Counted from the first letter of the stretch, positions 1-8,590 are shown. The stretch: DNA of 32,000 bases from an uncultured Clostridia bacterium (GCA_937907055.1 CALCTW010000036.1:2510-34509); one strand, 5' to 3'. The notes: generated by a model from the sequence alone, not told the origin. A program made the numbers and translations.

Positions 1-763
1 GCACAATCATGCGTACACCGCTGCCGTCAGAATTTATAAAACCATCAAGGCACGCCTTGACTGAGGTCAGATTATCGAGCCGCGGCGCGGAAACAAACTC
101 CTGCCCGGCACCGAAGCGGCACCCTGCCTCATAGGGATAAACCGTAAGGTCGTACGAGAGAAGCTCCTCCTTCTCCACACCAAGCTCCCGCGCCAGCAGC
201 CGGCTGAAGAAATCGGGCTCCTCCTCTTTTTGGAGCAGCGTCAGAAGCGGCATCAGGTCGGTCTGCCGATTGAGCTTCACACCATCATTGAGCTGCCGGT
301 TCAGATGAATAGCCAGCCCGGGGATTGTCAATAACGGCCGGGCAAAATCCAGCAGCTGCACCTCAGGCGAAAAGGCATTCTTCCCGCGCAGTGCCACTTG
401 CCCGGCCAAAGACAGCGGCCGGTCGAGCCAGCTCGCCAGAACAAGTCCGCCATAGGGCTCAACATTGAGCATCCCGTAGCCGCCGCAGTTCATCCCTGCC
501 GCCGGCTTTACCCGAAAGCCCGGGAAATCCGTATGCGCCGCCGCAATCCGCAGTCCGCGCCGCTTCCTGCCGGCACAAAACGCCACCAGTGCCGAGCCGA
601 ATACCCGCACAAAATAACGGGCGCCCCGCTTCAGCTTCCACGCTTCACCCCACTCCAGCTCAATGAAGCCGGCCTCCTTCAGGCGCAACGCGCTCTGCTC
701 CACCGCATGAAAGGCTGACGGAGCTTTTGCTATAAAATCAAGCAAATTCTCAACTGTGTCCAT
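1..763 (-). CDS. M18-family aminopeptidase, N-terminal ~254 codons (3' end lies left of the window)
   Basis: Absent from the ORF track because its stop is outside the window. My own reverse-strand translation from ATG 763-761 stays open to position 1: MDTVENLLDFIAKAPSAFHAVEQSALRLKEAGFIELEWGE...RIAAAHTDFPGFRVKP...MLNVEPYGG...IPGLAIHLNRQ. The N-terminal layout and AHTDxPgFrvKP motif match M18 (ApeA/aspartyl) aminopeptidases as I remember them. Confidence 0.75.
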   Translation of the reverse strand, partial: MDTVENLLDFIAKAPSAFHAVEQSALRLKEAGFIELEWGEAWKLKRGARYFVRVFGSALVAFCAGRKRRGLRIAAAHTDFPGFRVKPAAGMNCGGYGMLNVEPYGGLVLASWLDRPLSLAGQVALRGKNAFSPEVQLLDFARPLLTIPGLAIHLNRQLNDGVKLNRQTDLMPLLTLLQKEEEPDFFSRLLARELGVEKEELLSYDLTVYPYEAGCRFGAGQEFVSAPRLDNLTSVKACLDGFINSDGSGVRMIV

Positions 764-783
764 TTTACCCACTCTCTTCTCCA

Positions 784-833
784 AAACAAAAAAGGCTGCC
801 CCGGCCATAAAAGCTTATGGCCCGACGGCAGCC
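784..833 (-). terminator. rho-independent terminator after the 107-aa gene
   Basis: Long hairpin GGCTGCC..GGCCATAA-gc-TTATGGCC..GGCAGCC (794-833), followed on the minus strand by a T-run (A-run 784-793 on plus). Confidence 0.6.
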
Positions 834-841
834 CCTGTCTC

Positions 842-1165
842 TCAATAATGCGGATGTTCTTTTACATAATCAACCGGACGGCTCCAGTCAACATATACAC
901 CTGTTGCCACCCACAGACGGGTCATCGCAATCTGGAAGCTGCGGACATCGGCATTCGGCACAATCGTCTCGACGGTAAAATCAAGCAGCGTATTATGAGG
1001 AATGTTTATCTCGTGCGGCTGACTCAAATATTCCTCAGCCCGCTTCTGGCCCTCCGCATCGCCGAGCGTAACCTTTATTTCCTTTTTCTCCCCATCGTAA
1101 TCAACATACCCGAGCGCATTGTTATAGCTGATAGCTACACTGAAAAACTTATCATTGTTCTCCAT
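842..1165 (-). CDS. hypothetical protein, 107 aa
   Basis: Clean ORF with coding-like composition and a strong terminator directly downstream. No motif I recognise. Confidence 0.55.
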   Translation of the reverse strand: MENNDKFFSVAISYNNALGYVDYDGEKKEIKVTLGDAEGQKRAEEYLSQPHEINIPHNTLLDFTVETIVPNADVRSFQIAMTRLWVATGVYVDWSRPVDYVKEHPHY

Positions 1166-1361
1166 ATATTATGCTCCTTCCCTTTTTCCAAATTCACAAT
1201 ATCTTTTTATTTTTACCCGTTATCAAGTTTATAGCTTTTGTTTTAATTATACAGTCTTTTATGAAAACTTTATGAAAAACTGTCACCTTAAACACCTGAA
1301 AACTACTTTTATTATTTCTTTAGTGATGAAATTAGGACAATTCAAAGAAGCGACCGTCTTT

Positions 1362-1604
1362 TCAACTGTCCAGATCGTCCATAAACAAGAACTTCTTGAA
1401 TGTGATATGCTTTACCGTGCTTGTTGAATAATCCACTTCATCCATTGTAATAATAACCTTCTGAACAGAATTATCCAGTGTCGCAAAAGCGGAATAAACA
1501 AATTTACTTTTTGTGATAATTTGTTCGATACTACTAAACAAATTATCATCTTCAGGTAAATTTGTCCAGTAGCAAAAAATACCTTGCAAGCAAATATAGC
1601 TCAC
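1362..1604 (-). CDS. hypothetical small protein (80 aa, GTG start) in an AT-rich islet
   Basis: Only sizeable ORF in the ~30% GC segment 1166-1710. A 28-codon ORF (MEAVFMEEQDFPEEYLVCTRQGKPINTL) ends in a GTGA overlap with its start, so these may be one frameshifted gene. No family recognised. Confidence 0.3.
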   Translation of the reverse strand: MSYICLQGIFCYWTNLPEDDNLFSSIEQIITKSKFVYSAFATLDNSVQKVIITMDEVDYSTSTVKHITFKKFLFMDDLDS

Positions 1605-1710
1605 AAGGTATTTATCGGCTTACCCTGTCTTGTACAAACAAGATATTCCTCCGGAAAATCCTGTTCTTCCATGAACACCGCTTCCATCCGGGAAAAAAAT
1701 TTCCCCCATA

Positions 1711-2214
1711 TCAATATTCATGCAAAACTGGAAATCCCTCCCGGTACTCCTTTATCATCTGCGGATGCTTCTGCCCCTCTTCATATATAGACCGGACCAG
1801 TCCCTCCTCCGTCACAAAAGCCTTTAGCTCAGCAAGCGAACGCTTATTTATAACCGGACAGGTCGGCGTAAGCGCGAGCACAAGCCGGCCCTGCTTCCTC
1901 ATAAGGCGGAAGGGCCATATTTTGCAATCAAAGGGCTTAAGCTCATCAGTAAGTATACAGCCCTTTCCGGGCACCAGAAAAAAGCAGGCTGCTTCTTCCT
2001 CCGGGTCGGCTGTTTTGTAAAGAGGAGCAAGGTCCATCAGCCCATAGCCCTGATGCCGGATAAAAGTATATCCCATTTCTTCAAGCTTTTTCTTTTCTTC
2101 CTCAAAAAAGAGAGGTGCCTCCCAAAGACTCGCCCGCCTGAAGGAACAGCAGAAGCGGCATCTTTCACACTCTTTCGGGGAAAGTAATTTTTTAATCATA
2201 TTATCTGGTCCCAT
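1711..2214 (-). CDS. YkgJ-family cysteine-cluster (CxxCxxCC) protein
   Basis: N-terminal CERCRFCC = CxxCxxCC motif, further conserved Cys, ~165 aa. Typical of the UPF0153/YkgJ zinc/iron-chelating family. Confidence 0.7.
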   Translation of the reverse strand: MGPDNMIKKLLSPKECERCRFCCSFRRASLWEAPLFFEEEKKKLEEMGYTFIRHQGYGLMDLAPLYKTADPEEEAACFFLVPGKGCILTDELKPFDCKIWPFRLMRKQGRLVLALTPTCPVINKRSLAELKAFVTEEGLVRSIYEEGQKHPQMIKEYREGFPVLHEY

Positions 2215-2231
2215 TTCATTTTTTCAGCCGC

Positions 2232-3122
2232 TCAGCCCAAAAACTGCGCTCTGTATTTATGATATATCATACTGGGACGGTAGGACAGCTTGGACTGACG
2301 AAGCCCTGCTTTCCCCAGGTCCTCTTCCCGGTTGATATATCCGTATGCCAAAAGCCTTTCGGCGGCCAGCTTGCATATAACGCTGTAACCGCCGTATTTC
2401 GCACATCCGGCCACAGCCTTTTCAAAGTGTATATCGCACAAATTGTCATTTATTTCAGAATAAACCGTCATGGCAACCGGACCGCCATTATCGTATAAAA
2501 TAAGACCTCCCAGTCCAAGGCTGCTGATATTTTCCAATGCTTCCGCTATTGTCCTGTATTCTGTCCGGTTCTCTTCAGTATCTCCATGCTCCTCAAGCCA
2601 CTTTTCTGCTACCTTCAGAGCATCCTGCCAGGTTGAAGCACTCAAGGGCAGAGCCCGGACATCAGGAAATTCTCTTCCGAAACGGTTTACATGATTTTTA
2701 TGCTTATGATACTGCGCCCCGCGAAATTCCGCCAGCTTTTCAGTACAATAGATATAGTCGCTGTCGCCAGTCTCCGCCCTTAACCTGAAGCTGTCCGGCC
2801 AAAGCTCTGTGAGCAGCTTCTTTTGGGACTCTGAGAGAAAGATAAAATCAAAGCTCATATTTTTGGAAAGAGCATACTCCTTCAAGCTGCCAAGCACCTT
2901 TTCCGGACTTCCTTCCCCTATCGGAAAGGCAAAGCCTTTTCTGCCGTAAGGCCCATCATAATGACGCAGAAGGAAATCATCTGCAAAGCATATTTTCAGA
3001 TTATATTTATACCGCAGCAAAAATATATTGCCGAAGGCCAGGTCGCTTCCCAAAAGCCCGCTCTTGCTGACAATATTGAATATTTTTTGTCTGTCGCCCA
3101 GTTGAGGCGTTCTGAAGTCCAT
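2232..3122 (-). CDS. DUF2156 / LPG-synthase-C-like (GNAT-fold) protein
   Basis: 296 aa with SDYIYCTEKLAEFRGAQYHKHKNHVNRF and a C-terminal GLRQSKLSYRP-type tail. This matches stand-alone homologues of the MprF C-terminal domain as I remember them. Confidence 0.65.
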   Translation of the reverse strand: MDFRTPQLGDRQKIFNIVSKSGLLGSDLAFGNIFLLRYKYNLKICFADDFLLRHYDGPYGRKGFAFPIGEGSPEKVLGSLKEYALSKNMSFDFIFLSESQKKLLTELWPDSFRLRAETGDSDYIYCTEKLAEFRGAQYHKHKNHVNRFGREFPDVRALPLSASTWQDALKVAEKWLEEHGDTEENRTEYRTIAEALENISSLGLGGLILYDNGGPVAMTVYSEINDNLCDIHFEKAVAGCAKYGGYSVICKLAAERLLAYGYINREEDLGKAGLRQSKLSYRPSMIYHKYRAQFLG

Positions 3123-3311
3123 TACGCATATTTACCCCGTTATCGTTAATATCTATAATAAATATTATAGCATAATAAAAAAATATACGGTTCAAAAAAA
3201 ATTCATCGTCCTTTCCTGATAAACCAGCGTTTCTGTTCCGGCTCAATTACCTTTTCTTCCCAGCCGCGCTGTGATAAAATAGAGAAAATTTATTGAAAAG
3301 GTGGTCTTAGC

Positions 3312-4490
3312 TTGAAAATCAAAACCACTTATGAGACAGGCACGATGAATTTACTCGATGGCATAAAGGTTGTTGACTTTTCCAAATGGCTGCCCGGCCA
3401 GTTCTGCGGAATGCTGCTCGGTGACTACGGCGCTGACATCATAAAGCTCGAGGACCTCAGTGGCGACGCCACCCGCAAATTTTTCCCCGAACGCGAGCCC
3501 GGCATGAGCTACTGGAACCTCATGCTCAACCGCAACAAGCGGTCGCTGGCCTTTGACCTCAAAAAGGAAGAGGGCCGCGAGCTTCTCCTGAAGCTCCTCA
3601 AGGACGCCGATGTTTTTTTGGAGGGCTTCCGCCCCGGCTACCTCGCCCGCTACGGACTTGACTACGGGACTGTACACGCCGTCAACCCGCGGCTCATCTA
3701 TGTATCGGTCACCGGCTTCGGCCAGAGCTCCCACAAGCCCGCTCACGACCTCAATGTCATCGGTCTCGCCGGACTCAGCTTCCTCGACGACGAGGGAGAA
3801 GCCTGCGTCTCCGAAATCCAGATATCGGCCCTCGGCAGCGCCCTCAACGCCCTGAGCGCCATCTCCCTCGCTCTCTTTGCCCGGGAGCGGAGCGGCGAAG
3901 GACAGTTTATTGATGTCAATCTCTACGCCACCGCCCTCAGCCTCCAGACGACAGCCGTAAGCAGTATGTGGGGCTGCGAGGAAACCGGCACTCCGCGCTT
4001 CTCGCGCGTCACCCATTATTACAACAACTACCGCACGAAGGACGGCCGTTACCTGACTGTCGGCACTATTGAGCCCAAATTCTGGCAGCGTTTCTGCGAC
4101 CTCATCGGCTGCCCGGAGCTCAAGGGTGAGCAATTCCATTTTGCCCGCGAAAAAGAACTCATCGCCATCATCAAGGAAAAAATCGCCGCCAAAACCCTTG
4201 CCGAATGGCTCGCCCTTATCGGCAACGAGGAATTTTGCGTCACGCCGGTGCTCGGCCTGAAGGAAGCTCTTGCCTCGGAGCTGACAGCCCGTGAAGAAAT
4301 GCTCGAAACAAAGCCCTCGGATATCGGCGACATCCGCTACCTGAAGGGGCCGGTAAAATTTTCTGCCGCCCGCAGCGAAATCCGCCACCGGGCCCCGCGT
4401 CTCGGCGAGCATACCACTGAAATTCTCGGCGCGCTCGGCTATAAGCCGGAGGAAATCTCCGCCCTGAAGCAAAAAAATATAATTTTATGA
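3312..4490 (+). CDS. family III CoA-transferase (CaiB/BaiF type)
   Basis: LDGIKVVDFSKWLPGQFCGMLLGDYGADIIKLE...GFRPG...Y.S.TGFGQ are hallmark CaiB/BaiF motifs. TTG start at 3312 lies 8 nt after AAAGGTGG; an in-frame ATG at 3345 is the alternative start. Confidence 0.85.
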   Translation: MKIKTTYETGTMNLLDGIKVVDFSKWLPGQFCGMLLGDYGADIIKLEDLSGDATRKFFPEREPGMSYWNLMLNRNKRSLAFDLKKEEGRELLLKLLKDADVFLEGFRPGYLARYGLDYGTVHAVNPRLIYVSVTGFGQSSHKPAHDLNVIGLAGLSFLDDEGEACVSEIQISALGSALNALSAISLALFARERSGEGQFIDVNLYATALSLQTTAVSSMWGCEETGTPRFSRVTHYYNNYRTKDGRYLTVGTIEPKFWQRFCDLIGCPELKGEQFHFAREKELIAIIKEKIAAKTLAEWLALIGNEEFCVTPVLGLKEALASELTAREEMLETKPSDIGDIRYLKGPVKFSAARSEIRHRAPRLGEHTTEILGALGYKPEEISALKQKNIIL

Positions 4491-4522
4491 TGCAGGAACC
4501 ACAAAACCTTATTTGTCAAGAC

Positions 4523-4551
4523 TTGTAATGATAAAATCTTTATGCTACTAT
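4523..4551 (+). promoter_or_regulatory. sigma-70-like promoter with extended -10
   Basis: TTGTAA (4523-4528), 17-nt spacer, TGcTACTAT (TG 4543-4544, -10 at 4546-4551). Would fire into the 4.55-4.85 kb ORF-free leader. Confidence 0.45.
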
Positions 4552-4753
4552 AAAAAACAAGAAGGCGGACCGCCTGGGGTGTGCGTAGATTTATAATGTC
4601 TAACCGACTCTATTAAATAGGGAACCTGATTTGGTCTCTGCAGCTGCTGGAGCGTCCTTGAACGAAGAGCAAAAACAGAGCTTAAGGTACCCACCTGCTT
4701 GCGCGCAGGTTTAGGCATATACAAATTTACGGCAGTCCGGACACCACCTTGAG

Positions 4754-4785
4754 AAGAGCTTGCGTTGCAGGCTCTTTTCGTCTTT
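4754..4785 (+). terminator. intrinsic terminator/attenuator hairpin inside the CYTH leader
   Basis: 10-bp stem AAGAGCTTGC/GCAGGCTCTT (one G.U pair) with 3-nt loop, followed by TTCGTCTTT. Lies 65 nt upstream of the CYTH ATG. Confidence 0.5.
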
Positions 4786-4849
4786 AAGCGGCAAAATTCC
4801 CGGCCAGCCTGCCGGACCGCTGACAATTTTTTGAAAAACGAGGTGCAAA

Positions 4850-5344
4850 ATGGAAATAGAACGGCAATTTCTCGTCCGTCCCGGACACCTTCCTGACCTT
4901 ACTGACATTCCCTGCAGCCGCATAAGTCAGGGCTATATCTCCTTCTCTCCCGAAATCCGTCTGCGCGAAATCGACGAACGGCAATTCCTTCTCACCGTCA
5001 AAACCGGCACCGGACTCGTCCGCGAGGAATTTGAAGCGGCCCTCTCAGAAAGCGACTGGCGCCGCCTCAGTACCAAAATCGAAAACAATCGTCTGGAAAA
5101 AACCCGCTACCATATCCCTCTGCCCGGCGGTCTCACCGCCGAGCTTGACTGCTTCAGCGGCCACCTTGACGGGCTGCAGTACGCCGAGGTCGAATTTCCC
5201 TCCGAAGAAGCTGCCGCCGCCTTCACTCCGCCCGACTGGTTCGGGCAGGAAATCACCGAACGGGCCGACTTCTCCAGTCAGCTCCTCACCGAATTGTCCG
5301 GCTTTACTGACCTCTGCCGCCACTTCCCGGAGCTTTTCGGCTGA
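4850..5344 (+). CDS. CYTH-domain protein (triphosphate tunnel metalloenzyme, CyaB/ThTPase family)
   Basis: Starts MEIERQFLV (the family's EIERKFLV signature). ~160 aa with alternating acidic/basic beta-strand pattern. GAGGTG RBS. Confidence 0.8.
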   Translation: MEIERQFLVRPGHLPDLTDIPCSRISQGYISFSPEIRLREIDERQFLLTVKTGTGLVREEFEAALSESDWRRLSTKIENNRLEKTRYHIPLPGGLTAELDCFSGHLDGLQYAEVEFPSEEAAAAFTPPDWFGQEITERADFSSQLLTELSGFTDLCRHFPELFG

Positions 5345-5391
5345 AAACACTCTCCATAAGCCCGACAACGGCTCATAGCTTCACCTTTCCG

Positions 5392-5427
5392 AAAAAAAAG
5401 AAACCTGCCGGCGCAAGTTTCTTTCTT
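5392..5427. terminator. bidirectional terminator between convergent genes
   Basis: AAGAAAC..TGC-cggc-GCA..GTTTCTT hairpin (5398-5423), flanked by an A-run upstream and a T-rich tract downstream. Confidence 0.55.
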
Positions 5428-5448
5428 GACTGATATTGTTTTTTCTTC

Positions 5449-5643
5449 TCAGGCGTTTGCCGGGGCCTCGCCGGTGGAAGCGTTGTCCTCCTCTTCTTCT
5501 ATTTCCTCCGTTTCTTCGCCATGTCTTCTGGAGCTGGAAATAATCCTTCCTGCCGGTCTGCCGCTGCCCGAATCCTCATTGATGTCCTGATAGATTGCCA
5601 TACCGACTGCTCCTAATGCGACTCCTGCCAAAAATTTCCACAT
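5449..5643 (-). CDS. small membrane protein with acidic tail (64 aa)
   Basis: Strong RBS AGGAGGAA 6 nt before the ATG. N-terminal hydrophobic helix MWKFLAGVALGAVGMAIY, then an E/S-rich tail. Confidence 0.55.
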   Translation of the reverse strand: MWKFLAGVALGAVGMAIYQDINEDSGSGRPAGRIISSSRRHGEETEEIEEEEDNASTGEAPANA

Positions 5644-5692
5644 ATTACATTCCTCCTTTTTTTGGGGCTTCAGCTTTCCCCTGAGATAATAA

Positions 5693-5728
5693 TAAAAAAA
5701 TCCTCACCGGCTTTGTTGACCTGTGAGG
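5693..5728 (-). terminator. terminator after kinase 1
   Basis: CCTCAC(5702-5707)/GTGAGG(5723-5728) hairpin, followed on the minus strand by TTTTTTT (A-run 5693-5700). Confidence 0.45.
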
Positions 5729-5746
5729 ACAATAAAATTTATTTTT

Positions 5747-6526
5747 TCAGTTGTCATCGTCAAAAAATATTTTCCCCAGCAGCAGTATCCCGCCCACCCC
5801 GATGCCGACCTTCTTCCAAAAATCCCAGGGCTCGTCTTCAAGGTCCTTTTTCAGCTCAGCAATGCTCCGGTAGCGGTCCTCGGGCGAAAAGGCCGTACAT
5901 TTTTCCAAAATAGGCTTGAGCCGGCCGTCGTAGTCCTCACCGAGCAGCTCCTGCAGGGTGCGGCCAAGGGCGTATATATCGCTGCGCGCGTCAGTTTCTC
6001 CGCAGCCGAACTGCTCCGGCGGCGCATAGCGGCGGGTAACAATTACTGTTGTATCGGTATCCTTCTCCCCGCTGTATTCACGCGAGGCGTCAAAATCGAG
6101 CAGATAGACATCGCCCTTGAAAATTTTGAGATTGTCGGGCTTTATATCGCGGTGAATTATGCCGAGCGCGTGAAGCCGGCTCAGCCCGTCACAAAGCCGC
6201 AGAAGAATTTTGAGCGCATTTTCCTCATCGAGCCTTTTCCCCTGTGCGACAATCTCTCCCAGCGTAACGCCGCTGATAAATTCCTCAATGACGACCGTAT
6301 CGCCCGCCTCGCTGTCCTCCGCGCAGTATTTGACCCTCGGCCAGAGGCTGTCAGGGTTCTGCTTGAGAAGCTTGTAGGGAAGACCCGTCAGCTTTACCTG
6401 CTTCCAGATTACATACTGCCCGGTGCTTATTTCCCGCGCAAGCCAGACCGTGCCGCGCCGGCTTTTTTTCAGACAATCGACCTTTTTGTACTGGTCGTTC
6501 AGATACTGCAAAACCCGTTTTTCCAT
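5747..6526 (-). CDS. Hanks-type Ser/Thr protein kinase, tail-anchored (259 aa)
   Basis: HRDIKPDN catalytic loop, VIWK lysine, DFD in place of DFG, YAPPEQ in place of APE. Short C-terminal hydrophobic segment VGIGVGGILLLGKIFF and no ectodomain. Confidence 0.85.
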   Translation of the reverse strand: MEKRVLQYLNDQYKKVDCLKKSRRGTVWLAREISTGQYVIWKQVKLTGLPYKLLKQNPDSLWPRVKYCAEDSEAGDTVVIEEFISGVTLGEIVAQGKRLDEENALKILLRLCDGLSRLHALGIIHRDIKPDNLKIFKGDVYLLDFDASREYSGEKDTDTTVIVTRRYAPPEQFGCGETDARSDIYALGRTLQELLGEDYDGRLKPILEKCTAFSPEDRYRSIAELKKDLEDEPWDFWKKVGIGVGGILLLGKIFFDDDN

Positions 6527-6552
6527 TTTCCCGCCTCCGAAAACTTCTCCCC

Positions 6553-6580
6553 TTGCATTGGAGAGGAAAATAATTATAAT
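6553..6580 (+). promoter_or_regulatory. sigma-70-like promoter for HTH gene 1
   Basis: TTGCAT (6553-6558), 16-nt spacer, TATAAT (6575-6580), in the 92-nt divergent intergenic region. Confidence 0.5.
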
Positions 6581-6618
6581 TTATTGTAATGGAGAAAATC
6601 TGCAAAGGAGGAGCCTTT

Positions 6619-7062
6619 ATGCCCAACGGCCCTGCTGAACAAAAGGACACCCAGATGCTTTTCAATGAAATAAAAAATGCCCGCTCGCGCGATGAATTCA
6701 AAAAGAGCATCACCGACAATCTGCCGGCCGGCAGCCTTACGGAGTATCTTGCCCGGCTGCTCGAAGAAAAGAAGCTCAAAAAGGCCGAGGTCGTTACCCG
6801 CTCGGAGCTCGACAAATCCTATGCCTATCATATTTTTTCCGGCGAAAAGCGGCCCTCCCGCCAAAAAGCCCTTGCCCTCGCGCTTTCCTTCGGACTGACT
6901 GTCAGGGAAGCCAATTACCTTTTATATTTTGCCGGCACCAACCAGCTCAATCCGCGCTCAACCTGGGACAAGGTAATCCTCTACGCGCTTGACAAGCACT
7001 GGAGTGTACACGATACGAATATCTTTCTCGATGAGGTCGGAGAAGCCGTTTTTCTGGAATGA
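6619..7062 (+). CDS. XRE-like HTH protein with C-terminal helical extension (147 aa)
   Basis: ATG at 6619 sits 6 nt after AAAGGAGG (the track ORF begins upstream at 6589). HTH segment LTEYLARLLEEKKLKKAEVVTRSELDKSYAYHIFSGEKRPSRQKALALALSFGL fits the Cro/C1 pattern. Confidence 0.75.
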   Translation: MPNGPAEQKDTQMLFNEIKNARSRDEFKKSITDNLPAGSLTEYLARLLEEKKLKKAEVVTRSELDKSYAYHIFSGEKRPSRQKALALALSFGLTVREANYLLYFAGTNQLNPRSTWDKVILYALDKHWSVHDTNIFLDEVGEAVFLE

Positions 7063-7123
7063 TGCTCCTCGTATTCCGCTGTCCCGTCATGTCTTCGGAG
7101 TCCTGCTTTTGCAGGGCTCTTTT

Positions 7124-8590
7124 TTATTTCCCCGCCTTCATGCCGGTTGCCCCTGCCGTATTTCTTCCGGACCGCTCATCAATCATCTTGACAGCGGCCT
7201 CCTCCTTTCTCTTTTTCTCCTCCATCTCTTTCACATAGCCGCGGTAGTATTCCTGAACCAGTGGCGACTTTGACTCCGCCCAGTTGCGGTAGTTGTTGTC
7301 CTGACGAAAATACAGCCGCTGCGCAACGGCTGACCCGCGACGCGGGAGTCCCTCCGGCCACTGCGGCTGAAAGTATACATTGGCCTCAGAGCCTGCCCGG
7401 TCATGTACCCGTCCTGACAGGTCAAACCTGACAGTCAGCGTTTCTCCGGGCATCAGGTCGTCAAAATAGCGCAGCTCCTTTTCATCATGCTCTGTGCTGC
7501 GGTATTCAATGCGGATAGCCGGCTTCACCCAGACCTGGTCCGTACAGTTGACAAAAAACGCCTCCACATACCAGCCCTCAGGAAAAATCACCGCATAATC
7601 ACCGGTCAAATCATTCTGATTCCGCCGTTCCCAGTGACGGTAAAGGTCAGAGGATATAAAAAAGGTGTTTTCCGAATCCTTCCCATTGACACGGCTCCCC
7701 ATAACCAACCGTGTTTCCGGACGACCCGCTATAGCATACTTCTTTTGTACCTGTGACAGCTTATCATTGGCGAACCTTCCCGTCATCCCGGCCGGAAGCT
7801 CCACTCTCCAGGCAGGCGGTGCGGCCAGCTGCCAAAGCACCAGCCCCGCGCTCAGAAGCAGCGCTGCCGCAAGCGGCCAAAGCCTCCGATATCTTCCGAA
7901 GCGGACAGCCCTGAGCAGCTCTGCCGTATTTTGGTAGCGGCTGTCCGGGTCAAACGAATGACATTTTTTCAGAACCGGCCTGAGCCAGCCGCGATAATCC
8001 GGCCCGAGCAGAGCCTCCACTGTCACTCCCAGCGCATAAATATCGCTGCGGCCATCGGTACGGCTGTAGCCGAACTGCTCCGGCGGAGCATATCCCCGCG
8101 TTCCCAGCAGGGTTGTATCCTCACAGCCGTCCCCCGGCATTTCCCTGGCCGCATCAAAATCCACCAGCCGCACCGTGCCGCCGTCCTCTAAAATAAGATT
8201 GGCCGGTTTTACATCGCGATGCACCACACCGAGGGCATGAAGAGCCCCAAGGCCCTCTCCCAGTGACTGCAAAAGGGCCACTGCTTCCTTTTCCGAAAAA
8301 AAGCTTTGTCCGTCCAGCCGCTCCTGCAGATTCGTCCCGCGGATATATTCCTCGGCAATAAAGGTTTCCCCGGCCGCCGTATCCTCAGCAAAATAAATAA
8401 TCCGCGGAAACAGCGACGGCAGGCGGTCCTTCATCAGCTTGCCGGGGATACCGGCATGCCGGATTGTCTTCATCACTACCAGCTCGCCTGTCACTCCGGC
8501 TGCCAGCCAGACCTCACTCCGTTCAGACCGCTTAAGCAGCCTGACCTTTTGGTATTGCTCTGTCAAAAATTCTATTGTCAGACTGTTCAT
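7124..8590 (-). CDS. Hanks-type Ser/Thr protein kinase with one TM helix and ~225-aa extracytoplasmic domain (488 aa)
   Basis: HRDVKPAN, VVMK, DFD, YAPPEQ. TM LWPLAAALLLSAGLVLWQLAA. C-terminal domain unassigned. Paralog of kinase 1. Confidence 0.85.
   Translation of the reverse strand: MNSLTIEFLTEQYQKVRLLKRSERSEVWLAAGVTGELVVMKTIRHAGIPGKLMKDRLPSLFPRIIYFAEDTAAGETFIAEEYIRGTNLQERLDGQSFFSEKEAVALLQSLGEGLGALHALGVVHRDVKPANLILEDGGTVRLVDFDAAREMPGDGCEDTTLLGTRGYAPPEQFGYSRTDGRSDIYALGVTVEALLGPDYRGWLRPVLKKCHSFDPDSRYQNTAELLRAVRFGRYRRLWPLAAALLLSAGLVLWQLAAPPAWRVELPAGMTGRFANDKLSQVQKKYAIAGRPETRLVMGSRVNGKDSENTFFISSDLYRHWERRNQNDLTGDYAVIFPEGWYVEAFFVNCTDQVWVKPAIRIEYRSTEHDEKELRYFDDLMPGETLTVRFDLSGRVHDRAGSEANVYFQPQWPEGLPRRGSAVAQRLYFRQDNNYRNWAESKSPLVQEYYRGYVKEMEEKKRKEEAAVKMIDERSGRNTAGATGMKAGK

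Noticed and set aside
398-718. Plus-strand 106-aa ORF and minus-strand 60-aa ORF (459-641) listed by the track.
   Set aside because: Both lie inside the M18 aminopeptidase reading frame (minus strand, open from 763 to 1). That frame was not listed only because its stop is outside the window.
1155-1427. 90-aa plus-strand ORF in the AT-rich islet.
   Set aside because: It is a Phe/Tyr/Leu/Ser-rich translation driven by AT-rich DNA, with no RBS. It overlaps the start of the 107-aa gene and the opposite-strand 80-aa ORF.
3351-4472. 373-aa ORF antisense to the CoA-transferase gene. The same phenomenon appears at 10990-11784(-), 12360-13403(-), 13551-14405(-), 14609-15139(+), 16154-16871(+), 17031-17582(+), 17763-18485(+), 19394-20455(+), 23721-24938(-), 25316-26044(-), 26491-27657(-), 27916-29079(-) and 30028-31029(+).
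   Set aside because: These are shadow ORFs typical of GC3-rich genes. They are Arg/Gly/Ala/His-rich low-complexity translations with no RBS, and each is fully overlapped by an opposite-strand gene with clear family motifs.
4564-4634. Riboswitch look-alikes in the CYTH leader: GGCGGACCGCCUGGGG resembles the conserved CCGCCUGGGC strand of ZTP (pfl) riboswitches, and GGGAACCUGAUUUGG resembles the ACCUGAUCUGG of TPP riboswitches.
   Set aside because: The ZTP-like string sits only ~10 nt after the predicted TSS, leaving no room for the upstream P1/P2 subdomain. The TPP-like string lacks the obligatory CUGAGA element and the CCAGCG partner. These are probably chance resemblances.
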